This document shows, one piece after another, positions 1-8,432 of a stretch of DNA of 33,044 nt; positions within the stretch are counted from its first letter, which is position 1; each line of letters begins with the position of its first letter. The notes under the pieces were generated by a model. The model worked only from the letters and a program-made list of their open reading frames with translations, was not told where the DNA came from and did not search any database. The stretch is taken from IMG/VR virus record IMGVR_UViG_3300045988_078908, one strand, 5' to 3'. This DNA comes from a virus. The position numbers and the translations under genes were made by a program.

Positions 1-55
1 CCGCCCTGTTGAGCAGAACGTCCTTGACCATTTCAAGGTCGAATTTCGCCTTCAG
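1..55. repeat. Terminal redundancy, copy 1 (identical to 32990-33044)
   Basis: The first 55 nt (ccgccctgttgagcagaacg...gaatttcgccttcag) are identical to the last 55 nt. This is consistent with the k-mer overlap of a circular assembly. Confidence 0.9.
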
Positions 56-100
56 CAGATTTTTGTACTCAGTGTTTGTGATTTGAACCGTGTTCTCCAT
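1..100 (-). CDS. Hypothetical 78-aa protein, 5' part; the gene wraps the circular junction and continues at 32989 down to 32853
   Basis: ATG at 100-98 lies 9 nt after a GAGGGA SD. The frame stays open across the junction: 100 + 137 unique nt = 237 nt = 78 codons plus stop. Translation begins MENTVQITNTEYKNLLKAKFDLEMVKDVLLNRADTDW... Confidence 0.7.
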   Translation of the reverse strand, partial: MENTVQITNTEYKNLLKAKFDLEMVKDVLLNRA

Positions 101-116
101 TTTTCATCGTCCCTCT

Positions 117-623
117 CTATTTGTCGGTTGCGAAGACGAAAGCCCTGCAACCCTTCGTATCGTTGTAGATGCTCAGCCCGGTAATCTGGCCGCTCTCGAT
201 GCGAACCTTCTCGCAGCGGAAATTGTCGTAGCATTGCATGCGACCGTTCTTGCCCTGTTTGACGTTGCACTTATCGGCGGGAACCCAGATGAACGGGGCC
301 GTGTAAAGCTCGCGCCCGATTCCGAGCATGAACCCGGCGCGCTTGAATGCATCCGAGGCGCGCCCCTTCTCAGCTTCCATGTTGGACGGCGAGCCGTTCG
401 ACTGCTTGGCAACCCACTGGGATTTTTCCGCATCCCAGATTTCGATTGTACAGAACAGCTCTCCGTTGATGCTCTGGTAGCTGTCGCGCCACCCAGTCAT
501 TCCGAAAGTCTCGTCCAGAATGCGCATATCGCAGCGGCTGTCCTTATACAGCAGAAGGGCCACGCCCTTCTGGCTGCATTGCGCCACGCGCACCTCGATT
601 TCGTCTGCCCTCAGCTCGCGCAT
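117..623 (-). CDS. Single-strand annealing protein, Rad52 superfamily (Sak/DUF1071-like)
   Basis: 168-aa ORF with ATG 623 after an AGGTGA SD. The motif EKGRASDAFKRAGFMLGIGRELY matches the Rad52/Sak-type signature. It sits between the Gp157-like and SSB genes. Confidence 0.8.
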   Translation of the reverse strand: MRELRADEIEVRVAQCSQKGVALLLYKDSRCDMRILDETFGMTGWRDSYQSINGELFCTIEIWDAEKSQWVAKQSNGSPSNMEAEKGRASDAFKRAGFMLGIGRELYTAPFIWVPADKCNVKQGKNGRMQCYDNFRCEKVRIESGQITGLSIYNDTKGCRAFVFATDK

Positions 624-624
624 G

Positions 625-1107
625 CTACTTCACCTGCAAGCTTTCGTTGGTGACGATTTCGGCGTGCTCGATTTCGCGCCCATCAGTCAGGGCAGCCTTG
701 ATTGCCGTCTTGTTCGGCGTAGGCTCATTGAAGGTCAGCAAATCGCAGGCGTTCTCGCGCGCCCAGTCAATGAAGGAATCATCGACCTGAATGCTCTTGG
801 CCTTGCGGTAGCTGCAACGGAGCCTTGGGGACTCGAACTTCTGGCCCTTCAGCGCGTAAACCAGAAGGTTCTTGATGCGCTCGGCCTTGTTCTCTACCGC
901 CTTGCGGCGCTGTGCGAGGTTCTCTTCCTCCTCCTTCATGGCCTTCGCTTCGGCTGCGAGGTTCTTGTATAGACAGCCGATGTTCTCAACCTTCTGCGTG
1001 CGCTCCATCTGCAACTCGTCGAAGCGCTTCTCGTCCTCGATTTCGCCCGTCTCCATATCGACCAGAGACATGATAGAATCGTCTATCTCGTAAATGCTCA
1101 TACCCAT
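625..1107 (-). CDS. Siphovirus Gp157-like protein
   Basis: 160-aa ORF with ATG 1107 after an AAAGGGG SD. It has a coiled-coil acidic N-terminal half and occupies the usual Gp157 position immediately upstream of the SSAP gene. Confidence 0.7.
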   Translation of the reverse strand: MGMSIYEIDDSIMSLVDMETGEIEDEKRFDELQMERTQKVENIGCLYKNLAAEAKAMKEEEENLAQRRKAVENKAERIKNLLVYALKGQKFESPRLRCSYRKAKSIQVDDSFIDWARENACDLLTFNEPTPNKTAIKAALTDGREIEHAEIVTNESLQVK

Positions 1108-1238
1108 GCCGTTGCCCCTTTCTCTCTCAGCTCTTCAAGCTCTTCGTCCGTGTAAAACACGTCCTTGCCTTCGAACAGCCTGTTAATCAGGTCGTACAGA
1201 GCTTGCATGTGCTCCTTCGTCGGATTGCCCCTCTCCAT
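1098..1238 (-). CDS. Small hypothetical protein; start uncertain (ATG 1238 or ATG 1208)
   Basis: The frame encodes ...NPTKEHMQALYDLINRLFEGKDVFYTDEELEELREKGATAWV. Its stop overlaps the Gp157 start. AAGGAG lies 3 nt before ATG 1208. It overlaps the 3' end of the Cro-like ORF. Confidence 0.35.
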   Translation of the reverse strand: MERGNPTKEHMQALYDLINRLFEGKDVFYTDEELEELREKGATAWV

Positions 1239-1452
1239 TCTCGTCACCGTCCCCGAAAAGATATTCGAGCGTGTAGGCCGCGCCGTTGCGCTCTTCCAGC
1301 TCAGATTGGATTGCAACCATCTCGCCAAGTCGGAACTGCTGCTTGCCGTTCAGCAAGCGCCATAGCGTCAAGTACTTCATCCCGACTGCGCCCGCCATCT
1401 CTGTATTCGACATGCCAGCGCGTACGATTTCGGCCTTCAGATTCTTGTACAT
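1183..1452 (-). CDS. Cro-like HTH regulator, the first gene of the early leftward operon
   Basis: ATG 1452 follows a GGAGGTGGAGGG SD. The HTH-like segment is SNTEMAGAVGMKYLTLWRLLNG. It is divergent from the CI-like gene. Confidence 0.75.
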   Translation of the reverse strand: MYKNLKAEIVRAGMSNTEMAGAVGMKYLTLWRLLNGKQQFRLGEMVAIQSELEERNGAAYTLEYLFGDGDENGEGQSDEGAHASSVRPD

Positions 1453-1550
1453 CCCTCCACCTCCTTATGTGCTCCAACATATAGATTATATAATTACCTT
1501 AGCAAACGTGGTGGTACCAACGTTTAGCGGTGAAAGGGGTCGAATTTTGG
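1453..1550. promoter_or_regulatory. Divergent lysogeny-switch region with promoter and operator candidates
   Basis: Three elements are visible: a 10-nt palindrome ATTATATAAT (1485-1494) that gives a TATAAT on both strands; an inverted repeat TATGT-N6-ACATA (1466-1481); and AAACGT-GG-TGGTACCA-ACGTTT (1504-1525), which contains the perfect palindrome TGGTACCA. Confidence 0.55.
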
Positions 1551-1859
1551 ATGGCATTTACTGACAATTTGCAGGCGCCTATGAGCGCAAAAGGGATATC
1601 CCGTCGAAAATTGGCAAAAGAGTGCGGGATAAGCCCCAGCGCGGTGAACTCGTGGTTCAACCGCAGCGCCGAGAACATCAGCTTGCAGACGCTGAAGAAG
1701 CTGTCGGATTACTTCGGTATAAGCATCGAGGAGCTTGTCCACGGAAAGCAACAACGGCGCGAGATAACATTTTCAAGCAGCGCGTACACGGACGCAGAGC
1801 TTGACCAGATAAAGCAGTTCGCACACTTTTTGATAAGGCAACGAGAAAGGAATGAATAA
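1551..1859 (+). CDS. CI-like repressor, XRE-family HTH (102 aa, no S24 peptidase domain)
   Basis: MAFTDNLQAPMSAKGISRRKLAKECGISPSAVNSWFN is a typical XRE HTH. The gene is divergent from the Cro-like gene and lies directly upstream of the integrase. The 1530 start in the ORF track is a GTG. Confidence 0.8.
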   Translation: MAFTDNLQAPMSAKGISRRKLAKECGISPSAVNSWFNRSAENISLQTLKKLSDYFGISIEELVHGKQQRREITFSSSAYTDAELDQIKQFAHFLIRQRERNE

Positions 1860-1862
1860 TGA

Positions 1863-3365
1863 ATGGCATACGCAATGTACCTGCGCAAGTCACGCGCAGA
1901 CGAGGAACTAGGATACGAAAACACACTTGAGAGACACGAGGAAATGCTGCGCAACCTCGCGGCTCAGACTGGAATCCACGTAGACGAATCGCACATCTAC
2001 AGGGAGATAGTCTCAGGTGAGAGCATCGAGGCACGACCACAGATGCAAAGGCTGTTGAAGGCAGTCGAGATGGGACTTTACATGGGCGTGCTCTGCATCG
2101 AGCTTGAGCGCCTCAGCCGGGGCGACGGAGCAGACCAGCAGCGCATACTGAAGGCTTTCCAATTTTCGGACACGAAGATAATCACCTTGACCAAGACATA
2201 CGACTTGGCGGGGGACGATTCATTCGATGAAGAGTTCTTCGAGTTCGGGCTTTTCATGAGCCGAAGAGAATACAAGATGATAAAAAGGCGCCTGTATCGC
2301 GGAAGGATACAAGCGCAGAAGGAAGGATATTTCATTGGGTCGCGCCCACCTTACGGGTACGACAAGAAGAGAATCGGCAAGGGCTATGTGCTGGTACCGA
2401 ACGAGAACGCGGAAGTCGTGCGATATATCTTCAGAAGGTACGCGCAGCGCGAGACGGCGGCGAACATCCTGCACGACCTGAACAACATGGCCATCCCGAC
2501 GGTGACCGGCACGAAGTGGACGGCCTACGCGATTCGCGAGGTCATCAAGAACCAGACGTACATCGGCAAGATAAACACCAAGACGGTTCGCTGCGAGAAG
2601 TCAATCAAAGACGGGAAAGTCGTGCAAAGGTGGCTGAACAACTACGAACCCGTTGTGGTAGAAGGAAAGCACGAGCCGATAGTCGATGAAGAGCTGTTCT
2701 GGAAGTGTCAGGAAGTCCGCGACAGCAAGAAGACGAGAACAAGGTCAGACCTGACCTTGAAGAACCCGCTGGCATCGCTGATGTTTTGCAGCGTGTGCGG
2801 CAAGACGATTCGCCGCACACATTACGACTATAAGGGCGAAAGGACTTTCTACTATGGTTGCGTCACGTCGCGATGCGAGACGAAAAACACATTCACGCAC
2901 GCCGTATACGACATGGTGATGACAGAACTCAAGAAGGAACTGGAACGGCAGCAGGTCATGTTAGCCGATTACGACACGACACCAGAGCATGACGCGAGAA
3001 AAGACGAACTCGAAATGCTCAGGGACGAGCTTGGCAAGAAGTCGATGATGCTTGAGAGGGCATGCGAAGCATACGAGACCGGAATCTACGACCGCCAGAC
3101 GTATTTGGAGCGAGTCCAGAAGGTCAACGCCGCGAGGGCGGAGCTTCAGACGAGGGTCGAGGAACTTGAAGCAAGTATCGAAGAAAGCGAGGAAAGGCAC
3201 GAGAAGGCCGTGCCGATTCTCACAAGGGTTGTCGAGGAAATGCACACCTTGGAGCCGAAGGAACAAAACGACCTGCTCAAGATGATTATCGATAGAATCG
3301 AATATGAAAAGACTGAGTCGGGCGCGGCGATAGAGCCAACGCTCCGAATCAGTCTCAAAATATAA
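1863..3365 (+). CDS. int: Large serine recombinase (phage integrase)
   Basis: 500 aa. It has the N-terminal resolvase motif YLRKSRAD (Ser nucleophile), a recombinase domain, a Cys-rich ribbon CSVCGK...YYGCVTSRC and a long C-terminal coiled coil. Confidence 0.9.
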   Translation: MAYAMYLRKSRADEELGYENTLERHEEMLRNLAAQTGIHVDESHIYREIVSGESIEARPQMQRLLKAVEMGLYMGVLCIELERLSRGDGADQQRILKAFQFSDTKIITLTKTYDLAGDDSFDEEFFEFGLFMSRREYKMIKRRLYRGRIQAQKEGYFIGSRPPYGYDKKRIGKGYVLVPNENAEVVRYIFRRYAQRETAANILHDLNNMAIPTVTGTKWTAYAIREVIKNQTYIGKINTKTVRCEKSIKDGKVVQRWLNNYEPVVVEGKHEPIVDEELFWKCQEVRDSKKTRTRSDLTLKNPLASLMFCSVCGKTIRRTHYDYKGERTFYYGCVTSRCETKNTFTHAVYDMVMTELKKELERQQVMLADYDTTPEHDARKDELEMLRDELGKKSMMLERACEAYETGIYDRQTYLERVQKVNAARAELQTRVEELEASIEESEERHEKAVPILTRVVEEMHTLEPKEQNDLLKMIIDRIEYEKTESGAAIEPTLRISLKI

Positions 3366-3375
3366 TCTTTCCACC

Positions 3376-3411
3376 ATCATGAGAGGACGCATTTATGCAC
3401 CCCTCCATGAT
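3376..3411. other. Candidate attP core: imperfect inverted repeat around a central TT
   Basis: ATCATGAGAGGACGCAT-TT-ATGCACCCCTCCATGAT. The arms match at 12 of 17 positions, and the inner GCAT/ATGC is perfect. The centre is at 3393-3394. It starts 11 nt after the integrase stop. Confidence 0.4.
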
Positions 3412-3428
3412 TCCAGAGACATAATTAA

Positions 3429-3462
3429 GGCGGATAGCTCAATGGCTACCCGCCTTTTTCTT
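3429..3462. terminator. Intrinsic terminator between the convergent int and tail-fibre genes
   Basis: Stem GGCGGATAGC (3429-3438) pairs with GCTACCCGCC (3445-3454) with 1 mismatch (a G-U pair on the - strand). The loop is 6 nt and the stem is followed by TTTTTCTT on the + strand. Confidence 0.65.
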
Positions 3463-3465
3463 ATG

Positions 3466-5220
3466 TCAGTTGACCCGCTTCCACATGTACACGGCCAGAT
3501 ATGGAGGCATGTTGTTGTGCGAACCGTCCCCGCCTGCGTACATCGTCTGGACGTTGCCGCCGAATCCCCTCTTGTCCTGCGCCTGAACAGTCATGAACGG
3601 GGTTGCGCTGCCAGATGCGTTGAGGTTGTCAATCTCATGGTTATGCTTCGGCATTTCGTCAACCGGCAGCGTGTGAGCAGCTTCGCCGCCCGTGCTGCCC
3701 GCCGTATAGGTGGTATCAGCTCCAAGCAGGAACCGCCCGCCGATGCGCGCCCACGTCCCACCGAACAATGCAGCGGGATTCGCGTCGGTTACGCTCAGGT
3801 AGATTGCCCCGACCGGGTAGGCTCCCTGAGCCGTGAGCCATGCCGAATCGCCGAGCTGCAAAACGTCCGATTGGCTTGGCAGGCAATTCACGCCGACGCT
3901 GGATTTCTTGGTGTCGATGAAAAAAGACGGGATGCCCTTCCCGAGCGTGAGGTTGTAGTCGGTCGATTCCAGCTTGTCCGCGACGGTCACAACGAAGTCA
4001 TAGGCCGAATCCCTATCGCACGTCACCGTTGATTGGATTGAATCCTCCAACTCGATTGGCGTTCCGTAGCTCGAGTCCGAGACTTTCTTGAACTTCGCCG
4101 AGATTGTCACGGCGTTCTTGCCGTTCAAATACGAGTAGCGGGCGTTCGCCGTGATGTACGTGGTCGGTTCGAAGTTGTTCAGGCGGTGCAGGTCGATGAC
4201 CGCAGTAGGTGCGCTGTAATCGTCAACCGTCACCTGAACGGATTGGCTAGCGGTGAACCCACGGCTGTCTTTTGCCGTGACTGTCAGCGCCTGAGAATAC
4301 GAGACGTCAACAGCGCCGAGCGAGACTGTCCCAGAACTCGTGACTGTCTTTGATACCCCACCGAACGCGATGGTGTAGCTCGCGATGGTCGCGCCCTTCT
4401 TTGCTGTCGCGGTAGGCACTTTCACCGCAAGCGTCGAATGGTTCTGGACGATTCGCGACTTGTCCCCAGTCACAGCTACTGTTGCCGCGTTGGTGTCCTC
4501 ATATGAGACGGCCCCAAGTTCGGGCGCTGCATCAACGACGTTCATCTTCCTTTCCGCACGCGAGTAGTAGGCCGTGCCGTCGATGGTCGTTTTAAGCGCG
4601 TATGTCACCTTAAGCGTCGGCGAGTTCTTGCTCGCGTTGCGCAGGGTCGTGCGCTCGGAATCTGTGAGCTGCATCGTGTATGAGCCACCAGCGCCGCTTG
4701 CAGCTCCAGCCCTCGTGATGCTCCCGCCCGCGAATTCGATTGAGACGTCGCAAGAGAACGAGGACGGATTGCTGTAGGTGAGCGTCGGGTTCGTCTCGTC
4801 GGTGAAGTCGTTTGCGGTCGCGATGGTCGCGTTTCTGGCAATCCTGTCGAGGGTGATTGAGCCAGATGCTGTGATGCTCCCGACCTTCTTGCCGTCAATC
4901 GTGGCGTTGATGTTGAACGTGTCGGTAAGCTGCGCGGTCTTGGTTCCGTCAGCGTCATGCGACACCCTGTGGACGGTCGTGCCGAGAATAACCGAGCCGC
5001 CCTTCTGGTTGATGGCTCCAGACGTGTAGCCCTGCGAGACACCTCCGACCGAGCAGGTGTTCGTGCGCGAAGCGATGTTCAGCGAGTATGCGGAGCCTAT
5101 CACGAGCGTATGTTTGACCGTCACGTCGGAATAATTGCCAGCCGCGTTCTGGACCGCGCTCCAATCCGCCTGCAGCGTATATCCGCGATAGGCGCCTGTT
5201 ATGCTTCCGCTTAATGCCAT
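3466..5220 (-). CDS. Tail fibre / receptor-binding protein (DUF859-like N-terminus, tail-collar-like C-terminus)
   Basis: 584 aa, the last structural gene. The C-terminus GGEAAHTLPVDEMPKHNH...GSHNNMPPYLAVYMWKR matches the phage tail-collar/MdpB-type tip motif. The N-terminus resembles the siphovirus DUF859 domain. Confidence 0.8.
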   Translation of the reverse strand: MALSGSITGAYRGYTLQADWSAVQNAAGNYSDVTVKHTLVIGSAYSLNIASRTNTCSVGGVSQGYTSGAINQKGGSVILGTTVHRVSHDADGTKTAQLTDTFNINATIDGKKVGSITASGSITLDRIARNATIATANDFTDETNPTLTYSNPSSFSCDVSIEFAGGSITRAGAASGAGGSYTMQLTDSERTTLRNASKNSPTLKVTYALKTTIDGTAYYSRAERKMNVVDAAPELGAVSYEDTNAATVAVTGDKSRIVQNHSTLAVKVPTATAKKGATIASYTIAFGGVSKTVTSSGTVSLGAVDVSYSQALTVTAKDSRGFTASQSVQVTVDDYSAPTAVIDLHRLNNFEPTTYITANARYSYLNGKNAVTISAKFKKVSDSSYGTPIELEDSIQSTVTCDRDSAYDFVVTVADKLESTDYNLTLGKGIPSFFIDTKKSSVGVNCLPSQSDVLQLGDSAWLTAQGAYPVGAIYLSVTDANPAALFGGTWARIGGRFLLGADTTYTAGSTGGEAAHTLPVDEMPKHNHEIDNLNASGSATPFMTVQAQDKRGFGGNVQTMYAGGDGSHNNMPPYLAVYMWKRVN

Positions 5221-5235
5221 TGCTTTTCCCCCTTC

Positions 5236-6882
5236 CTATGCGAGCGCGACGAATGCGATGCCAATGCTTGCGTCCGTCTGAATCGGTACCATCTTCATCA
5301 GGCCGCCGATAGCGAGCGAGCTGTTGATGTACCCGTTCGCCATGTAGAACACGCCGTCGGTAACGCCGTAGGTCGCGTTTCCCTGCGCGTCGTAGCCGAC
5401 AAGCCCCTGCGAAGCGTTGATTTCGATGCGCGAGCCGTCGTTGGCCCACATGCGAAGCCCGTCCTTGTCGAGCTGCCCCAGAAGCGAGCCGCCAGCCGAG
5501 CGAACCTCCATCACGCCGTTGCCGTTTTCGGTACCTCCCAGCTTCAGCGTGCCGCCCTTGATTAAATCGGCCACGAAGTTGATGACGTTGATGTTCTGCA
5601 TGTTCATCGTGCCGTCGATGCCCCACGCGCTCTCGAAAGTCCCGGCGATTCCGTTGCGCGAGAAGGCGATGCCGTTGTCGTTAATCATGATGACGTTGTG
5701 CGCGTCCTCCTTCGGCAGCGAGTCCAGCACCATGATTTTCGAGCCGTCGTAGATGACATAGGAAGCCCCAAGCGACTGTGTGATGCTCTGCGTCACAGTG
5801 TCGGCGACCCCCTGAATGGCGTTGTTCACCGTGCTCTGCGCGGCGCTCTGTGCGGACGATTGCAGCGTCCCGGCAAGCCCGCTGAGCGTCTTCTGGAAGT
5901 TCCCGAACTCAATCTCGGTGTACTTGCCGAGAATGCAGTCGTAGGTGAACCCGATGACGTTGGTCAGGATGTGAACCCCCAGCCTCTCGTCGATAACCTC
6001 CACCGTGTCACCGATGTCCGTCACGCGCTCCATGTCCGCCTTGAGCGTATAGTTCACCTTCGGGACGCAGTTCTTGTTGACGTAATCCTGCGCCTGTCGT
6101 CTCAGGTCATCCACCAGCGCCTTTCGGTACGCCGCCTCATCGCTGCCGTAATCTTCCTTGTTGATGTCCGATTGCGAGAACGAGACGGTCTTGGTGTACG
6201 GGATGCTCCATTTCTTCTCGCTCTCGACGTATATCGAAGCGCTCGCGTCTTGGTCGTTGAGAAGGATGCCGTCCGCGCCCACTGGCAGCAGCTTCGTGAC
6301 GACGCCGCTCCAATCTTCCTCGCACGTCAGTTCCTTCAGGTTCTTGCGGTACCTGACGGTCACGCCGTTGTCGGCACCGATTGACTGGCGGAGCTCGATG
6401 CGGAAGTTGTCTCGCACCAGATGCCCGCCCCAGCGCTCGATGACCGTCTGGACTGCCTCGTATAGCGACTTGCGGACGCAGCGGAACGAGTCAATCGTCT
6501 GCACGTCCGAGATGGTGGCGAACTCGCTCCTCGGCTCGGTGGCTTCGTTCAGGTGGTCTAGCGCCGCGTTGGCGTTCATGTCCACGACGTAAGAGTCGGC
6601 GATGAGGTAGTTCTTGGAATCGTAGAACACATGCCACGCCTTCAGCGAAACCTTGGTGCTCTTCTTGGTCACGTCCGATATGCGGAATGCCTGCGCCCCC
6701 TGCGGCGTGTCGGCTACGATTATCCGCCCGCTCGTCAGGTAGTCGGCGTACTTGGTACTCACTTCGAAATCGAGGTAGTAATCGCCGTTGTCCTTCTTGG
6801 TCACCTTCGCCTTCGTCGGCAGAATGACTATATCGCCGTTGGTGGTGAAGCTCTTGTCGGTTGATTCAAAAACCCTAATCAT
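5236..6882 (-). CDS. Tail-associated lysin-like protein (Tal; phage minor structural protein N-terminal / prophage tail endopeptidase family)
   Basis: 548 aa with a GGGAGGTG SD. The N-terminus MIRVFESTDKSFTTNGDIVILPTKAKVTKKDNGDYYLDFE is typical of the Tal N-terminal family. Confidence 0.8.
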   Translation of the reverse strand: MIRVFESTDKSFTTNGDIVILPTKAKVTKKDNGDYYLDFEVSTKYADYLTSGRIIVADTPQGAQAFRISDVTKKSTKVSLKAWHVFYDSKNYLIADSYVVDMNANAALDHLNEATEPRSEFATISDVQTIDSFRCVRKSLYEAVQTVIERWGGHLVRDNFRIELRQSIGADNGVTVRYRKNLKELTCEEDWSGVVTKLLPVGADGILLNDQDASASIYVESEKKWSIPYTKTVSFSQSDINKEDYGSDEAAYRKALVDDLRRQAQDYVNKNCVPKVNYTLKADMERVTDIGDTVEVIDERLGVHILTNVIGFTYDCILGKYTEIEFGNFQKTLSGLAGTLQSSAQSAAQSTVNNAIQGVADTVTQSITQSLGASYVIYDGSKIMVLDSLPKEDAHNVIMINDNGIAFSRNGIAGTFESAWGIDGTMNMQNINVINFVADLIKGGTLKLGGTENGNGVMEVRSAGGSLLGQLDKDGLRMWANDGSRIEINASQGLVGYDAQGNATYGVTDGVFYMANGYINSSLAIGGLMKMVPIQTDASIGIAFVALA

Positions 6883-6903
6883 AGATGCACCTCCCTATAT
6901 GCC

Positions 6904-6929
6904 AAGGGGGCGCATCGCTGCACCCCCTT
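6904..6929 (-). other. GC-rich hairpin at the junction between the fibre cassette and Tal (weak terminator or RNA-stability element)
   Basis: AAGGGGGCGCA-tcgc-TGCACCCCCTT forms an 11-bp stem with 1 mismatch. There is no clear U-run. It lies between the 39-aa ORF stop (6953) and the Tal start (6882). Confidence 0.3.
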
Positions 6930-6952
6930 GAGAGTTCAATCTTTCTACGGCC

Positions 6953-7072
6953 CTAAAGCTCGATGCCGTAAATGTCCTTGTAAGCCGCCTTGGTGGCTGC
7001 TTGGTACTTCTTCGGGACGCTATCAAAGGTGCGAAGCCCCTTGAAAATCAAGCGTGCGTAGATGTATCCCAT
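6953..7072 (-). CDS. XkdX-like small protein (39 aa, below the ORF-track cutoff)
   Basis: ATG 7072 lies 7 nt after a GAGGGGG SD. The translation is MGYIYARLIFKGLRTFDSVPKKYQAATKAAYKDIYGIEL. Its size, its position after fibre genes and the pattern 'G..T.D.VP...' resemble the XkdX family. Confidence 0.5.
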   Translation of the reverse strand: MGYIYARLIFKGLRTFDSVPKKYQAATKAAYKDIYGIEL

Positions 7073-7075
7073 GGT

Positions 7076-7396
7076 TTAAGCCCCCTCTACGATTCCCGCT
7101 ACTGCTTCCTGAAGCTCGCTGATTTGCTCGGCGTTGATTTCGACCTGCCCCTTCACGCGATTGGTGAAATGGGCGACGATGTTCTCGCCGTCAGTCTCGG
7201 CCTTCGCGGAGACGGGCACGAGATACTGCACCGTGGCGCCGTCGAACGTCGCACCCTTCAGGTTGTCCTCGGTGAACTCGGCGCGGATTGCGTCAAGCTC
7301 CGCGAAGGTTGCGACGACCGCCACGCAATCGAGCGCCGTGCTCCCGTCAGTGAAGTCGATGGTCTTTCCGTCTGCGAATTTGTAGGTCTTTGACAT
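7076..7396 (-). CDS. Hypothetical protein in an XkdW-like position
   Basis: 106 aa from ATG 7396, which follows a GGAGAAACC SD. It sits between the fibre-like gene and the XkdX-like ORF. Confidence 0.75.
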   Translation of the reverse strand: MSKTYKFADGKTIDFTDGSTALDCVAVVATFAELDAIRAEFTEDNLKGATFDGATVQYLVPVSAKAETDGENIVAHFTNRVKGQVEINAEQISELQEAVAGIVEGA

Positions 7397-7442
7397 GGTT
7401 TCTCCTGTTCTACTGGATAAGCGACAACGTTTATTCGGAATG

Positions 7443-8069
7443 CTATCCAAGTGCCACGATATAGTTCACCCGGAACGAGCCAGTGTGTGTGCCGCTGATT
7501 GCGACGACGAGCTGCTCGTCGCGCGGGTAGTAATTCACGCCGGAAACCATGAAGTCGTAGCTCGCATTGCCGTTCATCGCGTACACACAATCGCGGGAAT
7601 TGTCGAAGCCTCGCCCGAACTCCTGCGCAAAGCCCGCCTTGTCCCAAAGCGTCGTGTAATTCGCATTGTTGAAGTTCACGACCTTGTAACCGACAAACAC
7701 TCTCGGCGCGCTGGAACTCGCTAGGTTGGCAAGCTCCCCCGTTACCGTCGTGGCGGTCGAATTGGAATCTGAGATGTGGCCGCCCTTCACAATTGAGCTC
7801 TTGACCTTGCGCAAAACGCCGTTAACGACAACGTAATCACCAGCCGCGTACGCCCGTGAAGCGGTGGCAGAAGATTCCACCGCCGCGCTCGGGACGATTT
7901 GGCGCTGAAGCGAAATGCCGTCTGAGTTGTTGACGGTGTACGTTGATGTGGTGTTGTCTGTGTATCTGATTGTGTAGGTATCGACTGAGCCGGTCGTGCC
8001 AGTCTTGCTGATGCTGGCGATTCCTCGCCCGTCTTTTCCCTTGATGTTGCCGATTAAAGTTTTCGCCAT
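7443..8069 (-). CDS. Tail fibre-like protein
   Basis: 208 aa with a GAGGGGTGA SD. The N-terminal module IKGKDGRGIASISKTGTTGSVDTYTIRYTDNTTSTYTV is paralogous to the N-terminus of the upstream 114-aa protein. Confidence 0.75.
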   Translation of the reverse strand: MAKTLIGNIKGKDGRGIASISKTGTTGSVDTYTIRYTDNTTSTYTVNNSDGISLQRQIVPSAAVESSATASRAYAAGDYVVVNGVLRKVKSSIVKGGHISDSNSTATTVTGELANLASSSAPRVFVGYKVVNFNNANYTTLWDKAGFAQEFGRGFDNSRDCVYAMNGNASYDFMVSGVNYYPRDEQLVVAISGTHTGSFRVNYIVALG

Positions 8070-8075
8070 TCGCTA

Positions 8076-8420
8076 TCACCCCTCTGTAATGTAGTATAGG
8101 TTGCCAGTCGATGAATCGTACTTGAGTTCTGGGATTTTATCCGAATCTGAATGGTACACCCACAGGTTGCCGTCAGAATCGACGCCCATGTTGAAAAGAC
8201 CCGACACTGGAACCGATACCGTGTTCCCCGTATCGCCTTTCTCACCCTTCTCGCCGTCGCGCCCGTTCTTGACGTAGAAACTGCTCTCGGTTCCGTCAGT
8301 CATCTTGACGGTGTAAGTGTCAATCAGGCCGTCGGTCGCAGTCTTGTCGATTGACTCGATGCTCGCTCCAGCTTCTCCTTTGAGCAGCATGACCTTGACG
8401 TTCTCGTCTATCTTCGCCAT
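8076..8420 (-). CDS. Small fibre-like protein with a short collagen-like stretch
   Basis: 114 aa with a GGGGGGTGA SD. It contains LLKGEAGASIESIDKTATDGLIDTYTVKMTDGTESSFYVKNGRDGEKGEKGDTG, including G-X-Y triplets. Confidence 0.75.
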   Translation of the reverse strand: MAKIDENVKVMLLKGEAGASIESIDKTATDGLIDTYTVKMTDGTESSFYVKNGRDGEKGEKGDTGNTVSVPVSGLFNMGVDSDGNLWVYHSDSDKIPELKYDSSTGNLYYITEG

Positions 8421-8432
8421 TCAATCACCCCC

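Noticed and set aside
1-55. The terminal repeat might have been a biological DTR, an att duplication or a transposon end.
   Set aside because: It is an exact 55-nt overlap at the contig ends, a typical assembler k-mer length. A coding frame runs through the junction, and there are no inverted ends or target-site duplication.
90-653. The + strand ORFs 90-653 and 520-972, and the - strand ORFs 52-270 and 173-433, at the start of the window.
   Set aside because: They overlap the SSAP and Gp157-like genes, have no SD and give low-complexity translations.
7443-8420. The paralogous fibre N-termini might have been the template/variable repeats of a diversity-generating retroelement.
   Set aside because: The genome encodes no reverse transcriptase. 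The similarity is at the protein level only, with no near-identical nucleotide repeat showing adenine-specific differences.
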